A stretch of 64,000 nucleotides of DNA. It comes from Actinomycetota bacterium (GTDB lineage Bacteria; Actinomycetota; Acidimicrobiia; Acidimicrobiales; Ilumatobacteraceae). A model generated the notes under the pieces. That model was not told the DNA's origin, did no database searches, and saw only the letters and a list, made by a program, of their open reading frames with translations. Positions 19,297 through 28,448 of this stretch are shown here, piece after piece. Every line of letters starts with the position of its first letter. Positions within the stretch are counted from its first letter, which is position 1. The position numbers and the translations under genes are program-made. The stretch covers positions 29,860 to 93,859 of the forward strand of contig WLGS01000001.1 of the NCBI GenBank assembly GCA_009703125.1, read 5' to 3'.

Positions 19297-19596
19297 ATGA
19301 TCCCCGTTCTTACCACCACAGGACACGTCCTAATTGCCATCGCACTGTGCCCAGATAGCCGCGTGCGAGATATCGCCACATCTATTGGCGTCACAGAACG
19401 CACCGTGATTATTTCCATCTCACAACTTGTGGACGCAGGCGTCATCAGTGTGGAGAAATCAGGTCGGCGAAATCTCTACAAGGTGAACCATGAACACCAA
19501 GTGCATGTGGGACCAGCATCACTCAAGATCTGTGATCTTGTTCAACTGGTCGCACACAGTTCTACAGGTGGTACGAACGACGACGGCTACGAGTAG
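19297..19596 (+). CDS. small winged-helix transcriptional regulator, paralogue of 17988..18314
   Basis: It aligns with the other regulator: GHVLIAIALCPDSRVRDIATSIGVTERT...LVDAGVISVEKSGRRNLYKV versus GHVLVCIAQNPDIRISDIADLVGIGERA...LVDGGYVIRTKDGRRNTYTV. Confidence 0.65.
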   Translation: MIPVLTTTGHVLIAIALCPDSRVRDIATSIGVTERTVIISISQLVDAGVISVEKSGRRNLYKVNHEHQVHVGPASLKICDLVQLVAHSSTGGTNDDGYE

Positions 19597-22500
19597 CCAT
19601 CATCACGTAGACACCACTCAACAGCACTGCAACAGCCCAGTTGGTGAGATCGGTTGAATAAGTAGATCCCGTAATAGGCAATGTTGCATTCGACTTCACG
19701 AGCTTGAGACCAAGCGATGCCTTCACCGATGGAGAGGCCACCACGAGCGAGTGATTACCTGTTCCGATAGTTGTCGGCAACTTAGCGGTGGTTTTGATGG
19801 TGCCTTTTGCGTCCACGGTGTAATTGCCAAGCAATGTAGGTGTAGACATCACGACAAGTTCCACACGTTCACCGGAGCGGAGACCAAACGCTTGCACTGC
19901 AACGTCACCATTGGGTGCCACTTCAAGTACTGCACCTGGCTTTACTTCGATGATGTTTCCGCGCACATCACGTGCGGCAAACAATGTTGCTGTGTCTGCT
20001 GCGTTCACTACCACCACATCTTCTACAGGAACACGAGTCCCGGAGAAAATGCCTGTCATTACAGCGCCTGTCTCAGTACGGACTACTGAGACACCAGAGT
20101 CTCCACCTGCGATGGTGTCAAGACGTGTCTCAATGACCGTCGCTGCTTGTTGCAGTTCGCGTACTTGTTCTGGTGTGCGCTCTGTGGGATCAGCTTGCGC
20201 TGCAGCAGAGTTTGATGCCGTCACAATTTGTGGCGTTACAGCTACCCCATTAACCAACGCAGCAGCTTTACCTGGTGTCGCAGTCAGTGCAGATTGGTTT
20301 GCCGGTGTGACCAATGAAGTCGTTGAACCCGACACCGAAATACCACTTGTTGCAGGAGCCGGGGTGGAAGTAGTGGTGGTAGGGGCAGTGGCCACAGTGA
20401 TGCTCCCTGGCACATAGGTAATGCTGTAGCCAGATGCAGTTCCACCTGAGCATGTTGTCGGATATGTGCCAGCAGGAGATGATGGCGTGTACGTGGTGGT
20501 ACAGGTCTCACCCGTACGAGAAACACCGTTCACCGACGGGGTACCAGTGATTGTCGGCACCGTGGCACCAGCGGTTAGGGCGTGCGACGAGGCAGTTACC
20601 GTCAACGGAGTAGCTGCCGTGATCACCCCGGCGACATAGTCGACAGAGTACCCGGAAGCAGTTCCACCTGAGCATGTTGTCGGATACGAACCAGCAGGAG
20701 ATGATGGCGTGTACGTGGTGGTACAGGTCTCACCCGTACGAGAAACACCGTTCACCGACGGGGTACCGGTAATTGTCGGCACAGATGCGCCAACAGTGAC
20801 TGTATGCGACGAGGCAGTTACCACCAACGGAGTTCCAGCTCTGCGGCCGGCGCGCATGGTCAAACCCTCGCCAGTTGCTCCGGAAATCGTGCGCGCACGA
20901 ATTTGACATTCAATGAGTCCTTCAGTTGCAACATTGCCCCAACTGGTACTGGTTACCGACACGGTTCGTTGTAGTGCTAACGAAGTCCACCCAGTGTTCG
21001 TTCCGTTCCAAGTACCACCGAACGAACCTCGAGAGCCACAACTTGCTTCGTAAGCCGTAATTGTTCCAAATGAGTGAGATGGCGCATCCCATGAGAACGT
21101 CACCGAGGTTGGAGTTGAAGTGGACACAATGTTCAAAACTTCTGATGGGCTGGTGGCGGCATAATCAACAGCTGCAAGGTTCACACCCATCTCACCCGAT
21201 GCATCACCAATTCTCACGCTTGTGGCTTGTCCAATACCTAACTGGCCGCGACCGTTATCTCCCCAACATTTCACCTGTTCAGTTGATGTATATACGCACG
21301 TGTGTGAACCACCAGCAGCTACTACGGCAACGGTCTCATTTCCGACCAATCCCAAGTCCACTGGCGCAAGTGAAGACATGGGGGCAGTGCTGGACCCCCT
21401 GTTTACAGTGTCGCCTTGACCCAACTGCCCCGAAAAGTTGGCGCCCCAACACTTGACGCTCACGGAATCAACGAGCAACGCACACACATGCGATCCGCCG
21501 GCACCTAGCAGCGAAGCCCCTTGGCCCAGGTTGACTGCAACAAGATTGTTACCCATCTCGTTGGCCCCGTCGCCAATTTTGTCATTCGGCGCCGTGACAC
21601 TATTTCCATCACGACCTAGTTGGTGAGATGCATTTGCACCCCAGCACACAACCGAATCGTTGTCTCGTATGACGCAAACATAAGTATTTCCGGCCACAAT
21701 CATTTTTGCTGTACGGCCTGCTCCGATGTTTACGGCCGGCAATGAATCGCCCATTTCGTTGGCCCCGTCGCCACGCGCATTCGCATCACCCTGACCAAGT
21801 TGGCCATCACCGTTTGCTCCCCAACACTTCACTGATCCGGACGGAACTGAACCACCACCAACGATGGCACATGCAAAGTTAAAGCCGGCAGCAATAGCTG
21901 TGGCTGTGACACCGGTGCCCAGGTCAACGGCGGGAAGTGCATCGCCCATTTCACCTGTTTGGTCACCGCGATGGTTTGTGTCTCCGAGACCCAACTGACC
22001 ATTTGTATTGGTGCCCCAACACTTCACTGAACCGTTATCTAACAGTGCACAGTTGAAAACGCCACCACTTCCAGCGCGAGGACTACTGCCACCAGGAGCA
22101 ACATCAACGACACTTCTGCCTGTGCCTGGGTTGACAATATTGGAGTCATTGAAGGCGAAACTGTACCCAGCACCTGCCGTAGCGAGACCATCACTTCGTC
22201 CTAGCGATCCGTTTAGTGCAGTACCTACACACCGCAGAATCGAGTCGGTGTCAAGAATGCATGTTTGGTCACCACCTGAAAAAACGGCAGTGGCACGACG
22301 ATAGAACGCACCAGTACTTGACGTTGCAACCGTTCGGGGAAGAGCTCCGCCCATCTCAGAAGGGCTGTCTCCACGCTCAGTCTGCCTCCAGCCATTGCCG
22401 AAGGAATTGTTATCGTCAAGCCCCCAACACACAGGGTAAGCATCGGCACGAGTCACACATGTGGAGTGGCTTCCTAATGAAAACTTTTGCAATGCAGCGA

Positions 22501-22636
22501 TTCTTTGGCTATTTCCTGCAGCCGGAAGCCCTAACTCTGCATCAGCAGATTCCGGAATCATTGGAACCATAACTACAGACGCCGCAAGGAAAATTTTCCC
22601 AACCACAACGACACGCAACACACGCTTCAGGCTCAC
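19562..22636 (-). CDS. secreted RCC1-repeat (beta-propeller) protein with two MBG-like domains and LPXTG cell-wall sorting signal
   Basis: Signal peptide, then repeated CWG(A/T)N..GQLG.GD RCC1 blades. Two 74-aa repeats have the MBG-like pattern (TVTASSH.V..GA.VPTITGTPS...SPAG.YPTTCSGGTASGYS..YV.G.IT). The C-terminus is LPITG + hydrophobic segment + RSRRR. Confidence 0.8.
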   Translation of the reverse strand: MSLKRVLRVVVVGKIFLAASVVMVPMIPESADAELGLPAAGNSQRIAALQKFSLGSHSTCVTRADAYPVCWGLDDNNSFGNGWRQTERGDSPSEMGGALPRTVATSSTGAFYRRATAVFSGGDQTCILDTDSILRCVGTALNGSLGRSDGLATAGAGYSFAFNDSNIVNPGTGRSVVDVAPGGSSPRAGSGGVFNCALLDNGSVKCWGTNTNGQLGLGDTNHRGDQTGEMGDALPAVDLGTGVTATAIAAGFNFACAIVGGGSVPSGSVKCWGANGDGQLGQGDANARGDGANEMGDSLPAVNIGAGRTAKMIVAGNTYVCVIRDNDSVVCWGANASHQLGRDGNSVTAPNDKIGDGANEMGNNLVAVNLGQGASLLGAGGSHVCALLVDSVSVKCWGANFSGQLGQGDTVNRGSSTAPMSSLAPVDLGLVGNETVAVVAAGGSHTCVYTSTEQVKCWGDNGRGQLGIGQATSVRIGDASGEMGVNLAAVDYAATSPSEVLNIVSTSTPTSVTFSWDAPSHSFGTITAYEASCGSRGSFGGTWNGTNTGWTSLALQRTVSVTSTSWGNVATEGLIECQIRARTISGATGEGLTMRAGRRAGTPLVVTASSHTVTVGASVPTITGTPSVNGVSRTGETCTTTYTPSSPAGSYPTTCSGGTASGYSVDYVAGVITAATPLTVTASSHALTAGATVPTITGTPSVNGVSRTGETCTTTYTPSSPAGTYPTTCSGGTASGYSITYVPGSITVATAPTTTTSTPAPATSGISVSGSTTSLVTPANQSALTATPGKAAALVNGVAVTPQIVTASNSAAAQADPTERTPEQVRELQQAATVIETRLDTIAGGDSGVSVVRTETGAVMTGIFSGTRVPVEDVVVVNAADTATLFAARDVRGNIIEVKPGAVLEVAPNGDVAVQAFGLRSGERVELVVMSTPTLLGNYTVDAKGTIKTTAKLPTTIGTGNHSLVVASPSVKASLGLKLVKSNATLPITGSTYSTDLTNWAVAVLLSGVYVMMATRSRRRSYHL
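20390..20835 (-). repeat. tandem 222-bp in-frame duplication (two MBG-like domains)
   Basis: Near-identical DNA blocks start at 20436 and 20658 (gcagttccacctgagcatgttgtcggata...caccgacggggtacc), giving a period of 222 bp. Confidence 0.85.
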
Positions 22637-22767
22637 ACAAACTCCTTTTCGATATTGAAGAGAGGCTCAACAATTGCTTCTCGACCCTAACAGGTTTAGT
22701 TAATGCCGTTAACTTAAGGGTCAGCAATACTTCAGAGCAAATTCGTGGCTGACTGGATTAAGGGAAG

Positions 22768-23385
22768 TTAAATTCCCATGCCGTCGAGCAGCATGCTCAA
22801 CCCTCTGGCATAGGCCTCTTCATTGTGTTCCTCAACGGAACGCACGGACCGCGCCAATTCGCGGAATTCTGGATGATCAACTCGCGAATATGAAACTTTA
22901 CGAATCTTGAGATGATCGGGCGCCGCTCCAAAGTCAAAGGCTGTTGCACCAAGGATGTAACTCTCTAGCGCTCGATAGCCCAAGCTCAGATCTCGCCCGC
23001 GGAGTCCTGCTTCCTCCATTATCGCCAGTATCGCCACTGTGGCTCCTGGATACCCGCGCACTTCAGAGTTTGAGACCAAGAATGCGGGGATAAGTCGTGG
23101 ATGCTCCGAAAGTTTTCGGCGAACTGAAACTGCCATCACCATTAACTTCTCCCGAGGAGTTCCCACGGAAAAATCTATCCCCTTCAAAATTTCCGTTGTT
23201 AAATCTCCTACAAGCGCGTCAACCAAATCAGCATGGCTTTCGAAATACGTGTAGGCCGCGGTGTAGGAGACGTTGAGTTCCACACCAAGACGTCGAAAAG
23301 TAAGAGCTTCCAGACCATCAGCATCGACCACTTTTAATGCCGCTTTCGTGAAGTCCTCACGGCTAAGTGTTCTTGGTCGCGCCAT
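22768..23385 (-). CDS. TetR/AcrR family transcriptional regulator
   Basis: N-terminal HTH (ALKVVDADGLEALTFRRLGVELNVSYTAAYTYFES) and typical length. Confidence 0.8.
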   Translation of the reverse strand: MARPRTLSREDFTKAALKVVDADGLEALTFRRLGVELNVSYTAAYTYFESHADLVDALVGDLTTEILKGIDFSVGTPREKLMVMAVSVRRKLSEHPRLIPAFLVSNSEVRGYPGATVAILAIMEEAGLRGRDLSLGYRALESYILGATAFDFGAAPDHLKIRKVSYSRVDHPEFRELARSVRSVEEHNEEAYARGLSMLLDGMGI

Positions 23386-23431
23386 TCATTCACAGTAGCC
23401 AAATGTGCCCATATAAATAGGACTGTAGGCG

Positions 23432-23965
23432 TTATGAAACTTTGATTACCTGTTCGTTTCCAGCACTCAACATCAATGATTCACGCGCACGAGCAACCCT
23501 GCTCTGCACAGTTCCACGGGGGCACCCGAGAATTGCAGCTACTTCGTCATAGGAAAAACCCATGAGTCGAACAAGCACAAATGCATCGCGAAAAACTTCT
23601 GGTAACGAAAAAATCATCTGCTCAAGTGCAACGGTTGTCGTTGCGTCATCTTGATGAGATTGCACATGACGTTCAATGGCTTTCGTAATTCGTCTCAGTT
23701 GTCCGCTTTTGCGAAAGTGATCCACGCACGTGTTTCGAGCAATGGTCAAGATCCACGACCGACAGGTGATGCCATAGGACAATGTGTGCAACCCGCGATA
23801 TGCGCGAAGAAAAGTTTCTTGCACCACATCATCGATGTCATCGCGATGCAGATTTTGCCATGCACAAAACCTTCGAACATCACCTTCAGTTGCTTGCACC
23901 ACTCGAGTAAAGGCCTCGTTGTCCCCGTCTTGGGCCAAGAAAAGGTCGCGGGTGACTGAATCCAT
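23432..23965 (-). CDS. ECF-type RNA polymerase sigma-70 factor
   Basis: Region 2 (DVVQETFLRAYRGL) and region 4 (LVRLMGFSYDEVAAILGCPRGTVQSRVARAR). I prefer the ATG at 23965 (MDSVTRD). Confidence 0.8.
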   Translation of the reverse strand: MDSVTRDLFLAQDGDNEAFTRVVQATEGDVRRFCAWQNLHRDDIDDVVQETFLRAYRGLHTLSYGITCRSWILTIARNTCVDHFRKSGQLRRITKAIERHVQSHQDDATTTVALEQMIFSLPEVFRDAFVLVRLMGFSYDEVAAILGCPRGTVQSRVARARESLMLSAGNEQVIKVS

Positions 23966-24039
23966 TGCCTGTAAGCCTAGATGGCAAGATTTTTGCCGCC
24001 CTTGGGAACACGGTGACAAGTTCCACCGTTTATATAGGT

Positions 24040-25248
24040 ATGCCCCCCAATAACCCAGATGAACCAGTACTTGGAGACCCCCTGTTTCCTGGCTCGTCCC
24101 AAGATGGTCTCACCCCACCTCAGGCGCGCCGACCACTAGCCGCACAGCCAAAAAAGACCGAGTCCCGAAGCAGAACACAACGCCAAGGCGCCATCACACA
24201 AGCCATAGTCACCCCTGGCGTGCGGTTAGCACTCTCGGTATTGGCAGTGTTCATTGGCACTGTGGCTCTTGGGCAAGCCGGTGCCGAACCTAACCCCGCA
24301 GCGCCTACAGATTCCTCTCTTGCGCCCAATGACACCGCGGGTGTGCCCACTGCAAAAAAGATTGTTCTCGTTTCAGATCCTGCGAACACTGCAATCGTGC
24401 GTGAAATTGCAGGTGACCTACTCACGGTAGACAGCATCATCCCCCCTGGCGCGAATGGCCATACATATGAACCCGTGCCAGGTGACGCAATTAAAGCCGC
24501 GACTGCAGATTTGTATATCGAAAATGGAATGGAACTCAACACAGCCGTCACCAAGTTTGTCCGTGCCAACTACAGGCAAGGCACCAAAGAAGTGAACTTG
24601 TCAGAAGTGATTCCACCTGCTGAAGTGATTAGTACAGACTCAGCTGAAGATATTGCTGCACACGGCCACTCTCATGCATTCAACGCTCACTTCTGGACCG
24701 ACCCCATCTATGCCATCGCATATGCCAAACGCATCGCACAATCACTAGAACAACTTGATCCAGATAACGCTGCGACATATCAAGCACGTGCAACTGCATT
24801 CATTGAGCGGCTCACTGTGATGGATACACGATTCAAAGAAGCGATTGCGTCCATTCCAGAACAGAATCGCAAGCTCATTGTGTATCACGACAGTTGGTCC
24901 TACTTCGGTCGTCGCTACGGGATTCCAGTTATTGGTGCGATTCAGCCTGTGTCTTTCTCTGAACCATCAGCAAATGAGATTCGTCGCATGATTGATCAGA
25001 TTCGTGGTCAAAAAGTGCCTGCATTCTTTGGAAGCGAAGTGTTCCCTTCTGAAGTTCTTGATGCAGTGGCAGCTGAAACAGGAGCGAAGTACTACTCCGA
25101 TCTCTCCGATGAAGAACTGCCCGGCGAACCAGGAACCCCCCAACACTCATACGAGGGAATGATGATTGAAAATGTGCGACTGATCACCTCTGCATTGGGC
25201 GGCGATGTATCGATTCTGGCCAATTTGGTACCAGGAGCAGCACAATGA
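24040..25248 (+). CDS. metal (Zn/Mn-type, cluster A-I) ABC transporter substrate-binding protein with long N-terminal extension
   Basis: ZnuA/TroA-like core (GANGHTYEP, AHGHSHAFNAHFWTDP, VYHDSWSYF). It is preceded by a Pro/charged-rich segment and one hydrophobic helix. The start is uncertain (TTG 23965 in the ORF track, ATG 24040 preferred). Confidence 0.75.
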   Translation: MPPNNPDEPVLGDPLFPGSSQDGLTPPQARRPLAAQPKKTESRSRTQRQGAITQAIVTPGVRLALSVLAVFIGTVALGQAGAEPNPAAPTDSSLAPNDTAGVPTAKKIVLVSDPANTAIVREIAGDLLTVDSIIPPGANGHTYEPVPGDAIKAATADLYIENGMELNTAVTKFVRANYRQGTKEVNLSEVIPPAEVISTDSAEDIAAHGHSHAFNAHFWTDPIYAIAYAKRIAQSLEQLDPDNAATYQARATAFIERLTVMDTRFKEAIASIPEQNRKLIVYHDSWSYFGRRYGIPVIGAIQPVSFSEPSANEIRRMIDQIRGQKVPAFFGSEVFPSEVLDAVAAETGAKYYSDLSDEELPGEPGTPQHSYEGMMIENVRLITSALGGDVSILANLVPGAAQ

Positions 25249-25994
25249 TTGAGCTTTCACAAATTGGATTCTCCTATGAGAACACTCGTGCTCTGTACGA
25301 CATTTCCACGTCGTTTTCGCCAGGGGAACTTGTAGGGATCATTGGACCATCTGGTGCTGGCAAGACAACGTTGTTGAGGGTTCTTCTGGGAGAACTCACT
25401 CCGACAGAAGGCAAGATCCGCAACGTCAATGGCGAACCACTCGCCATTGGTTACGTTCCACAAATTGATGCAGGTGAGCGCAGTTTTCCACTAACCATTG
25501 AAGAGATGGTGTTACTGGGTGCGGCGTCCTACAGTGCGCCGCAGCCGTGGTTCTCCGTGCGTGAAAAAAGAGAATGTCGATCCATTCTTGACCGACTTGG
25601 CATCTACGAGTTACGCAATAACAGACTTGACGAACTCTCAGGTGGTCAGTTTCAGAGAGCGCTCATTGCACGTGCTCTCATGTCGCGACCCAATCTCGTT
25701 TTGCTAGATGAACCCACTAGTGGAATTGATCTCAAGACTCTCCGGCAAGTGCTGGACTTGGTCGAAGAACTCCGCACCGAGGGCTACACCGTTGTATTGA
25801 CCACACACGACTTGAACTGGGTGGCCGCACATCTTCCACGTGTGGTGTGCCTTAATCGCACGATTATTGCCGATGGTGCCCCTGCACAAGTACTCACCAG
25901 CGATGTGGTGAAAGAAACGTATGGCGCCGATGTAGACGTTGTGTTCCATGGTGGAAAGCCCGTTGTTGTAGAAGCCATTGGAAAGGGCAACTAA
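25245..25994 (+). CDS. metal ABC transporter ATP-binding protein
   Basis: Walker A GPSGAGKTT, signature LSGGQFQR, Walker B LVLLDEPTSG. 4-nt overlap with the upstream gene. Confidence 0.85.
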   Translation: MIELSQIGFSYENTRALYDISTSFSPGELVGIIGPSGAGKTTLLRVLLGELTPTEGKIRNVNGEPLAIGYVPQIDAGERSFPLTIEEMVLLGAASYSAPQPWFSVREKRECRSILDRLGIYELRNNRLDELSGGQFQRALIARALMSRPNLVLLDEPTSGIDLKTLRQVLDLVEELRTEGYTVVLTTHDLNWVAAHLPRVVCLNRTIIADGAPAQVLTSDVVKETYGADVDVVFHGGKPVVVEAIGKGN

Positions 25995-25997
25995 GCC

Positions 25998-26828
25998 ATG
26001 AACTACCTCACAGAACCATTTCAATACGACTTCTTTGGGCGTGCTCTTATCGTGACAATTCTCATTGGTGCACTGGCGGGTGCAATAGGCCCCTTTGTTC
26101 TTGTACGTCGAATGGCCTACATCGGCCAAGGAATGTCGCAAAGCATTTTGGGTGGTGTAGCACTCGGCGTCACCTATGGCCTCGATCTCTACTTTGGTGC
26201 CGCTGTTGCGGCAGTTGTCTCGGCTGCACTTATTTATTTCGTCAGAAATCAAGGTTTGCCTATTGACACAGCCATTGGCATTGTGGCCTCAACTTTATTT
26301 GCTATGGGTGTTGCCGTGGTGTCCTCGTCACGCGATCGACGCCTCAACAGCACAAACCTTCTTTTTGGAAATGTGTTAGGCGTTGAAACCAGTGACATCA
26401 TTCTTGTTGTCGTTGTCTCAGCAATTGCAGGCGTCATTCTGTTTCGTTTTTACAAACCATTACTTGCTGCAACCCACAACTATTCCGTCGCAAATGCACA
26501 CGGTGTAAAGGCACAATTCATGGAGATTGTGTTTAGTGCTTTACTGGCAATGGTTGTGGTGACAGCCTTGAGAACACTGGGAGTTCTTCTTGTTGCTGCA
26601 ACACTGCTCATTCCTGCAGCTACTGCAACGCTTACGTTTCGCTCTTTTGCACAGATCACCGTTGCCTCAACGGCTCTTGGTGTTGCATTTTCCATCATCG
26701 GCTTGTTCATCTCTTTCCATCGAAACATTGCAAGCGGCCCGGCCATTGTTCTTGTTGGCGCATCGGTGTTTGCACTGAATCTCTTTGCCAGTGGAGCAAC
26801 CCTCAAAAAAGGACTACTGCAGCGATGA
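25998..26828 (+). CDS. metal ABC transporter permease (ZnuB/TroCD-like)
   Basis: About 8 TM helices with the ABC-3 family pattern, located between the ATPase and anti-sigma genes. Confidence 0.8.
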   Translation: MNYLTEPFQYDFFGRALIVTILIGALAGAIGPFVLVRRMAYIGQGMSQSILGGVALGVTYGLDLYFGAAVAAVVSAALIYFVRNQGLPIDTAIGIVASTLFAMGVAVVSSSRDRRLNSTNLLFGNVLGVETSDIILVVVVSAIAGVILFRFYKPLLAATHNYSVANAHGVKAQFMEIVFSALLAMVVVTALRTLGVLLVAATLLIPAATATLTFRSFAQITVASTALGVAFSIIGLFISFHRNIASGPAIVLVGASVFALNLFASGATLKKGLLQR

Positions 26829-27409
26829 AGCAGACGTCGCTATGTGCGTGGAGCGAACGTGTCTCGTCACTACTTGATGGCGAGTTGCCCGATGCTGAAC
26901 AAGAGTTAGTTCGTACTCATGTACGGACATGTCCTACGTGCACACAACTGATCAACGCAAATGACACGATGACCAAGACAGCACCTACGTCATCACCTAC
27001 CGCACGAACGGATTTTCTGCATCTCATTCAACAAAGACCATCTCCACTCTTGCGTGTGCTGTTGCTTCTCGTGGGTGGATTTATCCTGGCAAACTCCGCA
27101 CCGTTATTTGTGCGGGGAAATACCAGCGGTGATGCATTGCACGATCTACGACATCTCGCCATCTGGCAAGCCGCCATTGGCGTGGCAGTGCTTTCATCTG
27201 CAATCACCTTTCGCATTTCACGAATTTTGACCGTGATGCTCGGAACATTTCTCGTCTTAACCGCAATTGCGTCGATCTATGACATCGCAACAGGCCACCG
27301 CGGGCCATGGACCGATTACATGCATGTCCTTGAGGTCTTGGCAGTGCTCCTCGTGCTGAAACTCATCTGGCCTCAGCTACAGCTGCTCTCACGACGCCGC
27401 CAGAACTGA
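26825..27409 (+). CDS. zinc-finger (ZAS-type, zf-HC2) anti-sigma factor, multi-pass membrane
   Basis: The N-terminus carries H-x3-C-x2-C (THVRTCPTC), followed by four hydrophobic helices. Its ATG overlaps the permease stop (ATGA at 26825-26828). Confidence 0.65.
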   Translation: MKQTSLCAWSERVSSLLDGELPDAEQELVRTHVRTCPTCTQLINANDTMTKTAPTSSPTARTDFLHLIQQRPSPLLRVLLLLVGGFILANSAPLFVRGNTSGDALHDLRHLAIWQAAIGVAVLSSAITFRISRILTVMLGTFLVLTAIASIYDIATGHRGPWTDYMHVLEVLAVLLVLKLIWPQLQLLSRRRQN

Positions 27410-27473
27410 TACATATCTACTCACCTCGGACTCACAGGCAAGAGCAGCCAACGAGCACTAACCTAAAGAGTCC

Positions 27474-28448
27474 ATGACGACTCCCCACACAGATACCTCA
27501 GTCCATGCGCGTGGACTCATAAAGACCTATGGCGAAGTAGTTGCACTGAACGGTTTAGACCTCGACGTCGCCGGTGGCACAGTGCTTGGCCTACTTGGCC
27601 CCAATGGTGCAGGAAAAACAACTGCAGTTTCTATTCTCACTACATTGGTGACACCAGATTCTGGTTCGGCCACTGTTGCTGGTGTTGATGTATTGGCAAA
27701 CCCCAAAGAAGTACGACGCCGTATCGGCTTATCTGGCCAATACGCCGCAGTAGATGAAAACCTCACCGCAACAGAGAACCTGGAGATGATTGCACGTCTC
27801 TATGGCATGACATGGCGTGAGGCGCGGGCACGCACGAAGGTAATCCTTGATCAGTTCCGTTTAGCAGACGCTGCACACCGACCTCTAAAGACATTTTCTG
27901 GTGGCATGCGCCGCCGAATTGACCTAGCGGGTGCTCTCATTGCAGACCCACCAGTGTTGTTTCTTGATGAACCCACAACAGGGTTAGACCCACGCAGTCG
28001 CGGTGACTTGTGGGACATCATTCGCGAACGCGTGCAATTAGGTACCACTGTGTTGCTCACTACTCAATATCTAGAAGAAGCAGATCAACTTGCCGATGAG
28101 ATTGTGGTGATTGATCACGGCCAAGCAATTGCCCGCGGAACAGCTGACGAGCTGAAGCGACGCGTAGGTGGCGAGCATTTGGACGTGCGTATTCGCGATA
28201 TCGCCCGAGTGCCCGAGGCAGAGAAGATTTTGGGAACCGTGGCTCATGGTGCATTGCGCGTTCACGCCGAAGAAGGAGAGATTTCTGCTCCCGTGCCGCA
28301 CGGAGTAGAAGCTCTCAGCTCTGTGTTACGCAGTTTGGAATCATCCGGAATCGACATTGTCGATATTGGATTACGTCGCCCCACACTCGACGACGTGTTT
28401 ATGGAACTCACTGGACATGAAGCCACAGTTGAGGAGGAGAAGAAATGA
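27474..28448 (+). CDS. ABC transporter ATP-binding protein, DrrA/daunorubicin-resistance type
   Basis: Walker A GPNGAGKTT, signature FSGGMRRR, Walker B VLFLDEPTTGLD and a C-terminal DrrA-like extension. Confidence 0.85.
   Translation: MTTPHTDTSVHARGLIKTYGEVVALNGLDLDVAGGTVLGLLGPNGAGKTTAVSILTTLVTPDSGSATVAGVDVLANPKEVRRRIGLSGQYAAVDENLTATENLEMIARLYGMTWREARARTKVILDQFRLADAAHRPLKTFSGGMRRRIDLAGALIADPPVLFLDEPTTGLDPRSRGDLWDIIRERVQLGTTVLLTTQYLEEADQLADEIVVIDHGQAIARGTADELKRRVGGEHLDVRIRDIARVPEAEKILGTVAHGALRVHAEEGEISAPVPHGVEALSSVLRSLESSGIDIVDIGLRRPTLDDVFMELTGHEATVEEEKK

Noticed and set aside
22698-22714. Inverted repeat AGTTAA-TGCCG-TTAACT between the TetR gene and the RCC1 gene (possible operator or terminator).
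   Set aside because: It has only 6-bp AT-rich arms and no U-tract. It is too short to distinguish from chance without comparative data.
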